A program made the position numbers and the translations under genes. From positions 6,827 through 70,826 of IMG/VR virus record IMGVR_UViG_3300020122_000057: a DNA stretch of 64,000 nucleotides. One strand, 5' to 3'. Positions 18,943 to 28,943 of this stretch are shown here, in pieces (within the stretch, counting starts at the first letter, position 1; the number at the start of each line of letters is the position of its first letter). The notes below the pieces were generated by a model. That model made no database searches and was not told the DNA's origin. It saw nothing but the letters and a program-made list of their open reading frames with translations. The stretch comes from a virus.

Positions 18943-21291
18943 ATGCCAGAACGTCCAGTAGAGAGAGTAGCGAAATACAACCTTTCTGGGGCTGTTGAGG
19001 ACACATATGCGAGCAAAACGAGCCAAAATCCAGCCACCTCCCGTAAGATTACCTCATTAATTCCTCTCGCAGCGGGTTATTTAGAACGCGAAAAACCGAA
19101 CGCAATTTGGGGAAACGCTACACTTCCTAGTGGAGTGGTGTGGATAAAGGAATTTTCACAATCTTCTTTTGGTGGCGTGGTGGTGCGTTTTTGGTTCGCG
19201 GCTACAGCTACGAATCTATATCAATTTAGCGGGAGTCCTACAGCAACCGGAACTTGGACACTAGTTTCCCAAGTGGGAACGCTAAACGGTTCACCCGTTG
19301 CTGTTACTATCAACAATTTATTTCATTTAAGCGACGGAGTTAATTCGTTTGTCTTCGATGGCACAAATTGGGTCGTGGACGGATTACCAATTCCTGTTCA
19401 CTCTCCCGTGTTTGTTGTTGATACACCACTTCCTCCGGCAAATATTACCTCCATTTCCCGCGTTAACGGGGTAACAACGATAAATTATAGCAGCGTAATT
19501 GGAGTAGATGTAGGAGTATATTTGGACGTAAACGGTGTTTCCGATAATACATTTAATGGTACATTTCCCGTTTCCGCATTCATTAGTTCTACAAATATGC
19601 AATTCCTACAACCCGGACAAGCGGATGCGTCGTTAGGCGCAGGCGGTACTACCAATATCTCAACGTTTAACGTAACGAGCAATCGCTTCTACTGGACTAC
19701 TTATATAGATAATAGTGATACTCATCCGCATGAATCATCTTCTTCCCCGCGTTCTGTAATTGGCACCGGGCCATTAACTAATAAATTTATCGAAGTACGC
19801 CATCGGGCGGGTACGTGGTCATGTAGCGCTGGCTCCGCTATTATTACCGGAGTTGGAACAGACTTTGACCAGACTGATGTAGGAATGGTTTTTTACGGTC
19901 CTAGATTATCTACCCCGACGGTTATTATTTCGGTTCAAGACAGTCAACACCTAACATTAGCTAACCAAGCGACGACAACGGTATTAATTTCTCCCGATCC
20001 CGCAATCTTTCCCGCTAGAGCTACGCATTGGGGAATTTATTGCTCAGAAACAGAGAATTCAAACGTTGGCTTTTTTCTAATGAAGACCTCCGTAACAACC
20101 CAACGGCCATTACCTCTGGATCAATCGGACTTCACTAACGTGCCGGGGAGCTATATTAATACCGCTTTACAGCGTCCTATTCGCAACGACCAAGCCACGG
20201 GCACGAAAGTCATGTCCGTACATAAACGCCGTATTTTCCGTCGTAATGAGCAACTGCCAAACTTTTTCAATTACACCGCATTTGAAGAGGTAAAATCAAC
20301 TGGAGTTGGAACAGCCGAGGAATGCGTTCCGGGGCATGATGATAATTCTATTTCCGATTTAGTGAATGAGCAATCCTATCCAGAACAGTCACGAATTATT
20401 ACCTCTATGGTTGACCACGCTGACGCGCTGTTCATTGGTACCGAAGCATCCGTTATTCCGTTATTCGGAGAAACAATTGATGACTTCGTGCTTTCTCAGG
20501 TTACGGCTTTTAGCGTAGGAATGGCTGGACGATACGCTACTCGTTCTACTCCGCATGGATTAGTATTCCTGTCCTATGATCGAAAGCTATACCTATGGCC
20601 GCAACAGTGGATTCCCTTCTATGCCCCGGAAGAAACGACTACATTAATTGAAATCTCTCGTCCGAAGAGGACGACATTTCAAGCTATTGATCCAACTACG
20701 GAAACGTTCGTAGAATTTTTTAATTACGGAAAACGTAACTGGATAGTCGTCTCGTTCACGTTAACCGATACAACCAAGCATACATACGTTTTCGATACCG
20801 AAGTAAAAGGTTGGTTTGAGCTTCAACGTGGAGTGAATTGTTTGGCTGTACTGGAACCTTCTACCGGAATCAAGGTACTAGTTGGCGGTAGCTCCGACGG
20901 GAAAATATACATTCTGGACGATCCTAGTGGGATTTTCAGCACAGCTAATAACTATCCACAAGGAACATTCCGTCCAGCATTGATTGATTTTGGCGAGCCT
21001 GATTCAAAGCACGTCCTTCGGTATCTCGAATTCGAACTATCGAATAGCGCTATGATTGACGATATTACGATAAATTACTATCTTGATCCGATAGATGTAG
21101 ATAATCCCGGAACTCCAGTTCCTCTCACCATGCAGCAAGTATTCGGAGCTAACCGCTATCGTGGATTCTTCACCGGGCCGTCCCTGTGCGAGAGAGTCCT
21201 CATCGAAATGTTAGTAGCGCCTAGTCAGAATACAGGCAATATCTATAGTATTACCTTAGCAGCAACTCCAGCTTCGAAGTTGGCAACCTAA
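18943..21291 (+). CDS. tail hub/tubular (P22 gp10-like) protein
   Basis: 782 aa, beta-propeller-like, follows the adaptor. Confidence 0.6.
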   Translation: MPERPVERVAKYNLSGAVEDTYASKTSQNPATSRKITSLIPLAAGYLEREKPNAIWGNATLPSGVVWIKEFSQSSFGGVVVRFWFAATATNLYQFSGSPTATGTWTLVSQVGTLNGSPVAVTINNLFHLSDGVNSFVFDGTNWVVDGLPIPVHSPVFVVDTPLPPANITSISRVNGVTTINYSSVIGVDVGVYLDVNGVSDNTFNGTFPVSAFISSTNMQFLQPGQADASLGAGGTTNISTFNVTSNRFYWTTYIDNSDTHPHESSSSPRSVIGTGPLTNKFIEVRHRAGTWSCSAGSAIITGVGTDFDQTDVGMVFYGPRLSTPTVIISVQDSQHLTLANQATTTVLISPDPAIFPARATHWGIYCSETENSNVGFFLMKTSVTTQRPLPLDQSDFTNVPGSYINTALQRPIRNDQATGTKVMSVHKRRIFRRNEQLPNFFNYTAFEEVKSTGVGTAEECVPGHDDNSISDLVNEQSYPEQSRIITSMVDHADALFIGTEASVIPLFGETIDDFVLSQVTAFSVGMAGRYATRSTPHGLVFLSYDRKLYLWPQQWIPFYAPEETTTLIEISRPKRTTFQAIDPTTETFVEFFNYGKRNWIVVSFTLTDTTKHTYVFDTEVKGWFELQRGVNCLAVLEPSTGIKVLVGGSSDGKIYILDDPSGIFSTANNYPQGTFRPALIDFGEPDSKHVLRYLEFELSNSAMIDDITINYYLDPIDVDNPGTPVPLTMQQVFGANRYRGFFTGPSLCERVLIEMLVAPSQNTGNIYSITLAATPASKLAT

Positions 21292-21833
21292 TGGCTAATA
21301 GTGCAAATAATACACTCCCGACGATTACTACGCTATCCGATTTCGTCCGGGTAATGAAGAAGTGGCAGACGCAGCTTAATCCGCTTCTAAAGAACCCGAA
21401 GACACCACATGCTCCTTGGAACTTTGCAGCTACCCGGCAGCGCGGAGGGATTCTACTGACATGGACTTCTCTTTCTGGCACTGACGCAGACGGCTATCAG
21501 ATTTTACGTTCCGATAATGGGGATTTTTCTAGTCCATTAGTTATTCCAGTTACGAATGCGCAGCAGAATAGCTACTTTGATTCTCTTGGCGGTTCTACGG
21601 GTAGTACGACACCTATTACGAAATGGTACCGCATACGAGCTACTAACGGTACAGCCCAAAATCCACATTCCATAATTGGTATACTCAGCGGGTCAGTTAC
21701 CATAAATAGTATCGACCCTACGGATACGTCTACCGCAGCATCTACAGTGCGGGATATTTCTACAACCGATCTTATCCAATCCTCCGCGCAACGGGGAAGA
21801 ATTGTGTTAGTTCCAAGAAGGAGCGATTTCTAA
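21291..21833 (+). CDS. FN3-like virion protein
   Basis: LLTW...ADGYQILRS...SYFD...WYRIRATN. Confidence 0.6.
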   Translation: MANSANNTLPTITTLSDFVRVMKKWQTQLNPLLKNPKTPHAPWNFAATRQRGGILLTWTSLSGTDADGYQILRSDNGDFSSPLVIPVTNAQQNSYFDSLGGSTGSTTPITKWYRIRATNGTAQNPHSIIGILSGSVTINSIDPTDTSTAASTVRDISTTDLIQSSAQRGRIVLVPRRSDF

Positions 21834-22243
21834 TGTTGGACATAAATGTACGCCCAATCAAGGATTCGGACGTAGAGCAATTGGAAAAGTGGAGACAGGA
21901 ATTCAAGAATGGCTCTCTTGAAGTGCCACATGGGTATGAGCATTATAATGTGGAGACGGCGGTAGCAGTTAAGGGGGATAGAATTCTTGGTGCCTTGACT
22001 GGAACAATTATAGTCTCTCTGGACCCGTACATTCGCAATCCCGAGGCTGGAACCGCCGAGTCTCTACAATCACTCTTCGCGCTATGTCGCTCACTAGAAT
22101 ACCGCGCTAAGAAGCAAATGGGTTGCGTGGAGAGTTATATTGCCGTGCCTAATTCTCTTGAGGAATATAAAGGTATCGTGAAACGCTGTGGATTTGAAGA
22201 AACGGCGCAGAATTGTGCCATTTTCCGGCACGTTTTAGGCTAA
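21833..22243 (+). CDS. GNAT-like protein (P22 gp14-like position)
   Basis: VRPIKDSD..., KRCGFEE; located before the ejection proteins. Confidence 0.55.
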   Translation: MLDINVRPIKDSDVEQLEKWRQEFKNGSLEVPHGYEHYNVETAVAVKGDRILGALTGTIIVSLDPYIRNPEAGTAESLQSLFALCRSLEYRAKKQMGCVESYIAVPNSLEEYKGIVKRCGFEETAQNCAIFRHVLG

Positions 22244-22246
22244 AAT

Positions 22247-22690
22247 ATGCAGACCAAAGAGGAAAAATATCAGTACAATCGTCTATGGCGTAAGGCAAAT
22301 AGAGAAAAAGTAAGAGAAATTGCGAAGAAATCCCACTATAGTCGGAAAATACGGGGTTTTTCGCCCGACCAGAAACTACGTCAAAAAGCTGCTTACAGAA
22401 AATGGCGTAGGTCAGCTAAAGGCAGAGAATACATGAGAAGATACTCTGTCAGCTACTATTACGGAATTTCTTGGGAGGATCGAGAAACTTTACTTAGATT
22501 TCAAAAGTACCGTTGCGCAATTTGCCATAGGAAGTTTAATAAAAGTAGCAGATTTCCTCATATAGACCATAATAAGAAAACTAAAAAAGTTCGCGGTCTT
22601 TTATGTCGGAAATGCAATTTAGGAATTGGTTGTCTTAAAGATTCTGCGGACTTCTGTAGACGCGCCGCTGACTATCTCAGTAAAAAATAG
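22247..22690 (+). CDS. endonuclease VII-like homing endonuclease
   Basis: CAICH..HIDHNKKTKKVRGLLCRKCNLGIG. Confidence 0.9.
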   Translation: MQTKEEKYQYNRLWRKANREKVREIAKKSHYSRKIRGFSPDQKLRQKAAYRKWRRSAKGREYMRRYSVSYYYGISWEDRETLLRFQKYRCAICHRKFNKSSRFPHIDHNKKTKKVRGLLCRKCNLGIGCLKDSADFCRRAADYLSKK

Positions 22691-22717
22691 TGTTTTATAA
22701 TAGCTATTGGAGTAACT

Positions 22718-23431
22718 ATGCGTATTTATACAAAACTAGTATATGACATTACTGAGACCGGATTAGAACTCCGGGAAAGTGAATGGTATGAATACGATGG
22801 ACCTATTGCTGAATGCAAAAAAGGGGATAAAGAGAAGGCTGTAGGTAAGCAGCAACAGGATTATGCGAATAAGGAGCAGGGAATTCAGGATAGCTACCGT
22901 GCCACAGCCGATCCATTCGAGAAATCCCTCATCTCCACCCAACCGGGTCAGATGGACCCCTATTCCGCCGCACAGTATGGAAGTGAATTAGATAATATTT
23001 CGAGCACTTACAATAATCTCCGCCAAGCTGGATTCAAGGCTCTCGGTGCCCGTGGCTTCGGTAATGCCCCTTCTGGCATGACTTCCTCAATGGTAAATTC
23101 TATCAACAATAGCGAAGGGAATGCACAGACAGGGGCGTATCGTACTGGACTTGAGAATACGCTAAATCATGGTCTGGAAGCTGGGAACTATTTCCAGAAG
23201 GGCCAGCAGATTTACAATCCTGACCAAGCGTATTCGGGTGCAACTAATAGCTACGTAGCAGGCGACAATCAAGTTGCTCAAAGCTGGAAGACGGGTATTG
23301 GAGCAGCTACAGGAATTGCCTCAATGTTTATTCCGGGTGGCGGGTTTGCCCAATTAGGTAGCAAATTGGGCAGCGGCTTGAAGACTTACGGAATGTCCAA
23401 TCCGGGAGATTCACCAGTAGCTCCGGTATAA
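22718..23431 (+). CDS. putative DNA ejection/internal virion protein
   Basis: Gly/Gln/Ala-rich with a C-terminal hydrophobic Gly stretch. Confidence 0.6.
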   Translation: MRIYTKLVYDITETGLELRESEWYEYDGPIAECKKGDKEKAVGKQQQDYANKEQGIQDSYRATADPFEKSLISTQPGQMDPYSAAQYGSELDNISSTYNNLRQAGFKALGARGFGNAPSGMTSSMVNSINNSEGNAQTGAYRTGLENTLNHGLEAGNYFQKGQQIYNPDQAYSGATNSYVAGDNQVAQSWKTGIGAATGIASMFIPGGGFAQLGSKLGSGLKTYGMSNPGDSPVAPV

Positions 23432-23434
23432 AAT

Positions 23435-24856
23435 ATGCCTTGGCCAGACGACACAACACAACCGAATCAGCAGAAGCCAGTACTGCCTAACGCTACTCCT
23501 GTGCCTCCTCCAGACTCGATGGGGGCACAGAATAGTGGCAATCCAGATATGGGTGGCGGAGATTTAACCGGAGCCGATACGGGGAAGATTGATACTCCGC
23601 TTGGTCCCGTAACCGCTCCGCATCCGCAAGTTGTAGCTCAAAGCGGAGGCTTAGGTGGGTATTTGAAGGGTGTAGTGGGTAGATTGCCCAAGGCTCTCGC
23701 TATCATGGAGAGTAGCTACGGCAACTCTGCTCCATTACAGGCTATTCAGCAGGACGAGGCTCGTCAGCAACAGGCGATACAGCAGCAATTTGAGAATACT
23801 GTCACCGCCCAACGGGAAAATCGTGCCCAACAGCTATATAAGGCTCAGTACGATAATTTCCAATCCGAGATTCAGTATCGCAACGTGCAGAAGCAATTGG
23901 AACAGCAGAAAATTGTCGAGCAACAGCAATTACAAACCGCCCGTGAAATTATCCAGAATAATGCTTCTAAGCCGGATGATATTCAACGCGCTCATCAGAT
24001 TTTGCAGAGCTACGGCGTAGAGAAGCCGGAACCCGAACAGTACATGCAGGGAGCGAATGGACAGGTCTTTCAGCTTCCAAAGACTGGGGCAGTATCTCCA
24101 ATTGCAACTCCAGTCATGCAAAAGATTCAAGACCCTATGTATATGCTTCAGAATCCCGAGGCAAATACTCGCATGATTCCGTTCATGGGGCAGGGTAAAG
24201 CACCCACGGGTTCTGCGGAAGACGAACGCTATCGTCAAATAACATCTGCTCAACTCCAAAACAAGCAAGTCTCTCCCGAAGATGCAAGTTGGGCTAAGGC
24301 GTACAAGGCACAGAAAGAAATCGGTCCAAACGTCAGCGCTGGTCCTCGTTGGGCACAAGTCCAAACGCAAAAAGAGCGTCTGGAAATGCCCTACATGAAG
24401 GATTATCAGGATTCGGAGAAGATCGCTACGCTAGCCGATTTGGTTATGAAGGACGTAGAGCGTCGTGGCGGCAAAGTAACTGGTCCTGAATATATGCAGA
24501 TGCTTACCTATCACATGGCCGGAACTGTCGGTTCCGTAAAAGGCGCTAAGTCTGGTATTGAAACGCTAAAAGAGCACGTTAACGCACGTCCTTACGATCA
24601 ATCCCTTGCCGCTATGTATAATGCAGCCACAACCGGAGGCAATGTCTCCATCGAACAGGCCCGTGAATGGGCTAATCTCGCTCACTCTCGCCGTGACGTA
24701 ATGTTTGAACAAGCAAAGAGAATGAATCAAGTGCTTGGAAGTAATTTAGATTTCTCAGATATCGCACCGGGATATTCAATGCCGCAGGAAGTAAAACGGC
24801 CAACCAAACCGCCAAAGGGTGCAGAAGTTGTAAATATGACAGGCGAAGGTGAGTAA
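23435..24856 (+). CDS. putative DNA ejection/internal virion protein
   Basis: 473 aa, Gln-rich helical. Confidence 0.6.
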   Translation: MPWPDDTTQPNQQKPVLPNATPVPPPDSMGAQNSGNPDMGGGDLTGADTGKIDTPLGPVTAPHPQVVAQSGGLGGYLKGVVGRLPKALAIMESSYGNSAPLQAIQQDEARQQQAIQQQFENTVTAQRENRAQQLYKAQYDNFQSEIQYRNVQKQLEQQKIVEQQQLQTAREIIQNNASKPDDIQRAHQILQSYGVEKPEPEQYMQGANGQVFQLPKTGAVSPIATPVMQKIQDPMYMLQNPEANTRMIPFMGQGKAPTGSAEDERYRQITSAQLQNKQVSPEDASWAKAYKAQKEIGPNVSAGPRWAQVQTQKERLEMPYMKDYQDSEKIATLADLVMKDVERRGGKVTGPEYMQMLTYHMAGTVGSVKGAKSGIETLKEHVNARPYDQSLAAMYNAATTGGNVSIEQAREWANLAHSRRDVMFEQAKRMNQVLGSNLDFSDIAPGYSMPQEVKRPTKPPKGAEVVNMTGEGE

Positions 24857-27360
24857 TGGCCGACGGACAAGACCAGACTCCGCAAGCTCCTCAATCGGAC
24901 TCGCAGTATCAATACCGCCCACTGCCCGACGGTAAGTGGGGAAAGTTCCGTGCGAATGCTACCGAAGACGAAATCCAGCAGAAAATTAAATCCTACGCTC
25001 CGGGTGGTTCGAGTGACTTAAAGCTTCCCGCTCCTGTCCAATCCGGTGTAAATGCAGTACGTAACTTTAATCAAGGAGCCGTTGGCTCACCCGATGTTAC
25101 TTCCTTCGGCAGCCGTCTATGGGGCGGCATTAAGAACGAATACGCACGCGCTAAAGATATGGGAGACCCCGTAACTTATGCTGGAGATATAATTGACAGG
25201 GTAGGAAATTCCTTGGAAGAATCTGGTAATCAGCAAGCGGCGAATGTTCAGAAATATCCACCTAGCGATCCTCGTATGTATGAAGCCGCCGTACCATTTC
25301 TAGGAAATAGTTTAGTTAACACCACAAATAAGAGTCTTAAAGAAGGTCCACTTCAGGGCGTCGCTTACGGTGCTGGACAAGCCGCACAATTGGGAATCGG
25401 CGCAAAAATTCCCGGAAAAGTAGCTGGCGCGGTGGAAGATATTCCGGGAGCAATGCAAGCATCGCGCTTACGTCGCTCGCAGAATCTTATGGAACGTACC
25501 GTAGCTCCCGCTGGATTACCCGCCGAGGAACAAGCTACCTTACGCTCCAACATTCAACGCGCCCAGCCAGCATTAGCGCAAGAAGCAGCCACGGTAGGCC
25601 CGGCACAAGCTGGTGAAGGCGGTGTAGTTCGTGTCGCCAACCGTGCTCGTATCGCCGCAAATAATCTATGGGATAAAAACGTAACCCCGTTCATTGGCCG
25701 CTTTGGAAACGTAGTCGATCCAACTGTCCCGCAAATTGGACAGGAAATTCGTGGAAGCCTTACTGACCTAAACCTAACCAAACCGGGCGCTGCTCCAGCC
25801 GCCGAACGTCTTGCTCAAGTCTTCGACAAACCGATGACCGTGCAGGATATGTATAATACAGTAACCGAATTGAATAATGATAAATCAGTATCCCGTTATT
25901 TCGAGATGACCGACCAAGAACGTGCCGCCGCTCAAATGGCCGATCCGGGATTGCGGAATAAGGTTACCGCGCTTGGGATGCTACGCAAGAAAATGGTTGA
26001 TGCTATCGGTGACGCCAGTGGTGAGAGTTTAGGGGCACAGTTCGCGGATTTTCGTAAGCAGTACGGAGCGATATCGGACGTTGAATCTCGGCTACGCGGG
26101 ACTAACGTGCCTACACCTCAGCCATTTATGTCCCGTTTGGCCAATAGCGCTCGTATGAGCATATCTCCGGGATTTGCCCGTGAATATCTCAGCCGTCCGG
26201 TGGATACGATGTTTGGCCTAAGCAATCCAAACCGCCTCGCAACGAAGAGTTTCAATCTACTCGGCAAAACAGACCTTGGACCGGGTTCACCGTCTCCATT
26301 CCCCGGAGCGTATAGTGAACCAATTGGCCCACAAGGTCCCGGATTTACGCCGGAAGAACAAACAATTTATGCTGAATCTCAGAAACCCGCTCCACAGCCG
26401 CCTCCACCAGCCCAGCCACAGGTAGGAGCACCGCCAACACTAGGCTTCAACGTAAACGTACCACAAGAGAATATTTCTCAAATGTGGGGGCGTGATACGG
26501 CCCCTATTGGTACCGAACAGCGTCCGGGAGCTAATATGTTCCCGCCGAAGACGCCAAACGCGCCGCTGCCGCAAGCACAGCCTGCAATTGCGGGGGAAAG
26601 TCTGCCAAACGGTAACCCTAACTTTAACTTTCCAGCCAAACCCGGCGTCCCGGCCAACACTACCGGAATGTGGGGCGAAGCGATTACTGTGCCCATAAAC
26701 TCAACCGCACCGGGCGGCATGAGAACGACACCTTTTGCACCAGCACCACCAGAACGTAACTACTTCAATCTCCCGCAACAGGAACCATCATCCGGTTCCC
26801 AAGTTCCACCCCAGCCAACAGGTTCGCAGATTCCACCGCAACCTACTGGCTCACAACTCCAGTATCCGCGAGTTGCACAATCTCCAACTCCTGATGTAAG
26901 TTCGATGGGGGCGGCTGCTCCGCAGGCTTCTCAGCCACAACCAATACAAGCGGTTAGTGCGCCGTCCCAACCTCTTAACTATGTACCCGCTCTTGGCCGT
27001 ACTGCCGAGCCTGTCCAGCCAGTAAATCCGCAGGAAGCCGCAGATTTATCGAGCTTGGTAAAGAAACCAGTATCTCCAAACGAGGTTCCCGGTATGTATC
27101 GTAAAGCTGCTGAAACTATTACACCGACTCGGCAAAGCGCTGCTAATGCTTCGAATAAACTGGATGTGGTTGAACAAGGACGCAAGCAACGGGCGGATAT
27201 CGCAAAGCCTGTGGAGAAACCTGCTTCCGATCCTGTCTCCCAACTTCGTAAGCTCCCTACTCCAGAGGGTGGTTGGACAGCAAATCGTATCCAACGTCAG
27301 TTGAAAATCGGTTATACCCGTGCTGTTGAGATATCCAAGCAGATGAATGTAGGAAAGTAA
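24856..27360 (+). CDS. large internal virion/ejection protein
   Basis: 834 aa; Pro/Gln-rich linker; C-terminal IQRQLKIGYTRA like an FtsK-gamma winged helix. Confidence 0.6.
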   Translation: MADGQDQTPQAPQSDSQYQYRPLPDGKWGKFRANATEDEIQQKIKSYAPGGSSDLKLPAPVQSGVNAVRNFNQGAVGSPDVTSFGSRLWGGIKNEYARAKDMGDPVTYAGDIIDRVGNSLEESGNQQAANVQKYPPSDPRMYEAAVPFLGNSLVNTTNKSLKEGPLQGVAYGAGQAAQLGIGAKIPGKVAGAVEDIPGAMQASRLRRSQNLMERTVAPAGLPAEEQATLRSNIQRAQPALAQEAATVGPAQAGEGGVVRVANRARIAANNLWDKNVTPFIGRFGNVVDPTVPQIGQEIRGSLTDLNLTKPGAAPAAERLAQVFDKPMTVQDMYNTVTELNNDKSVSRYFEMTDQERAAAQMADPGLRNKVTALGMLRKKMVDAIGDASGESLGAQFADFRKQYGAISDVESRLRGTNVPTPQPFMSRLANSARMSISPGFAREYLSRPVDTMFGLSNPNRLATKSFNLLGKTDLGPGSPSPFPGAYSEPIGPQGPGFTPEEQTIYAESQKPAPQPPPPAQPQVGAPPTLGFNVNVPQENISQMWGRDTAPIGTEQRPGANMFPPKTPNAPLPQAQPAIAGESLPNGNPNFNFPAKPGVPANTTGMWGEAITVPINSTAPGGMRTTPFAPAPPERNYFNLPQQEPSSGSQVPPQPTGSQIPPQPTGSQLQYPRVAQSPTPDVSSMGAAAPQASQPQPIQAVSAPSQPLNYVPALGRTAEPVQPVNPQEAADLSSLVKKPVSPNEVPGMYRKAAETITPTRQSAANASNKLDVVEQGRKQRADIAKPVEKPASDPVSQLRKLPTPEGGWTANRIQRQLKIGYTRAVEISKQMNVGK

Positions 27361-28943
27361 TGAAGAAATTCATCCTACTTCTGGCTTTATTCTTTCTTCC
27401 CGTAATTGCCTCCGCGCAATCGGTTGTAGTTACGGGTAATCTGAAAGATTTAATTGGTGGTGGCGTCAGTTCGAATAGTACTTTCCTGCGTCTACGTCTA
27501 CAGAACTACACGGGATTCGTACCAAAAGTGAATGGAGTCGCCGTATTGATGCCTAACTGCGGTCTTCCGAATACCGTCTGCAAGGATTTCAAACCCGATG
27601 GCACGGGCGCAATTAGTGGAAATATCTACGGAAACGACGTGATTCAACCCGTTGGTACCTACTACACCGGAGAATTCTGGACAAACGGTAAGATAGCGTT
27701 CTCTTGTGATTATCTGCTTACCGGAACAGCGTTTAATGTAAATACAGCTTCTTGTCTATCCCAATCGCCTAGTTTGGGACCTAGCACCCTAGTTACCCAA
27801 TCATTTCTTTGCACACAAGGGACACCAGCTACGACATGGACTTGCATTCATAATTTAAACGATATCAACGTGACAGTGGAAGTTTACGATCCAAATAACA
27901 AACTTCTCTGGCCGGATACTATTATAAATACTAACGTTAACACTACAGTAATTACCTTTGTCAATCCGCAGGCAGGTCAGGCTGTTCTAATTCACGCGGG
28001 AAGCGTAACTATTGCTACTAATCAGCCCAATGCGGTTATTCAGAACCCGGTAGCCACACAGAGTATTACCGGGCCAGCGCTTACGCTCAACGCCCAAACT
28101 ATTTTTAACGGAGCAAGCTCCTTCGTTGGGAATGATACTCATACCGGAACTTCTACCTTCTCCGTATTAGCAACTTTCAATGGAACGCTTCAGGTACCCC
28201 TAAAACTCGATCCCGGTTCCCCAACTATAGGAGAGTTTTGGGTGAATGGAGCTAGCGGAAAGTTTCGGGATAATGCTGGTTCCCCGGTTACGCATACGAT
28301 TCAAACAGAACGCATAGCCGTTACCTGTTCCGCGCATACTTTTATAAACGTCACGAACAACGATGCTCTACCTACTTGTACCCAGCCAGCATTTGGCGAT
28401 ATCGGTGGCACGATTAGCAACTCCCAATTTAGTTCGCAACTTGCGAACACAGTATTCGCCGCCCCCAGCGGAAGTTCCGGTACTCCCTCTTTCCGTCCGT
28501 TAGTCAGCGCCGATATCCCAGCCGCTAACCTATCGACTGGCGGAAGTGGTGGAGTTACTGGTAATCTACCAGTAACTAATTTGAATAGTGGCACCGGAGC
28601 ATCGGCTACTACCTGCTGGCACGGCGACGGAACTTGGAGCACCTGCGCAACAGGGGCTACCAAAATCCAAACAGTAATCAAAAGTTCGGGTATTTGTACT
28701 ACTTCAAACGCTACCTTTAATACCTGCCCGGTTACGATTACTTGGCCAGTTAGCTTTGGAACGACTTCTTATAGCGTCACATGCAGCGGTGTCGGTCCTA
28801 ACGACTCCGGTAATACCGACCAAGGCCGGGTAAACCTGCAAATAGGCTCTAAAGCCGCAGGTAGCGTAGTCGTTAACGTAGTGACACTCGGAGCTAGCGC
28901 CGTGACATGGAATGAAATAGATTGTATCGGAGTTCTGCCATAA
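27360..28943 (+). CDS. tail fibre-like protein with N-terminal signal peptide
   Basis: MKKFILLLALFFLPVIASA/Q; W...HNL motif; FRPLVSADIP; GNLPVTNLNSGTGAS. Confidence 0.7.
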   Translation: MKKFILLLALFFLPVIASAQSVVVTGNLKDLIGGGVSSNSTFLRLRLQNYTGFVPKVNGVAVLMPNCGLPNTVCKDFKPDGTGAISGNIYGNDVIQPVGTYYTGEFWTNGKIAFSCDYLLTGTAFNVNTASCLSQSPSLGPSTLVTQSFLCTQGTPATTWTCIHNLNDINVTVEVYDPNNKLLWPDTIINTNVNTTVITFVNPQAGQAVLIHAGSVTIATNQPNAVIQNPVATQSITGPALTLNAQTIFNGASSFVGNDTHTGTSTFSVLATFNGTLQVPLKLDPGSPTIGEFWVNGASGKFRDNAGSPVTHTIQTERIAVTCSAHTFINVTNNDALPTCTQPAFGDIGGTISNSQFSSQLANTVFAAPSGSSGTPSFRPLVSADIPAANLSTGGSGGVTGNLPVTNLNSGTGASATTCWHGDGTWSTCATGATKIQTVIKSSGICTTSNATFNTCPVTITWPVSFGTTSYSVTCSGVGPNDSGNTDQGRVNLQIGSKAAGSVVVNVVTLGASAVTWNEIDCIGVLP

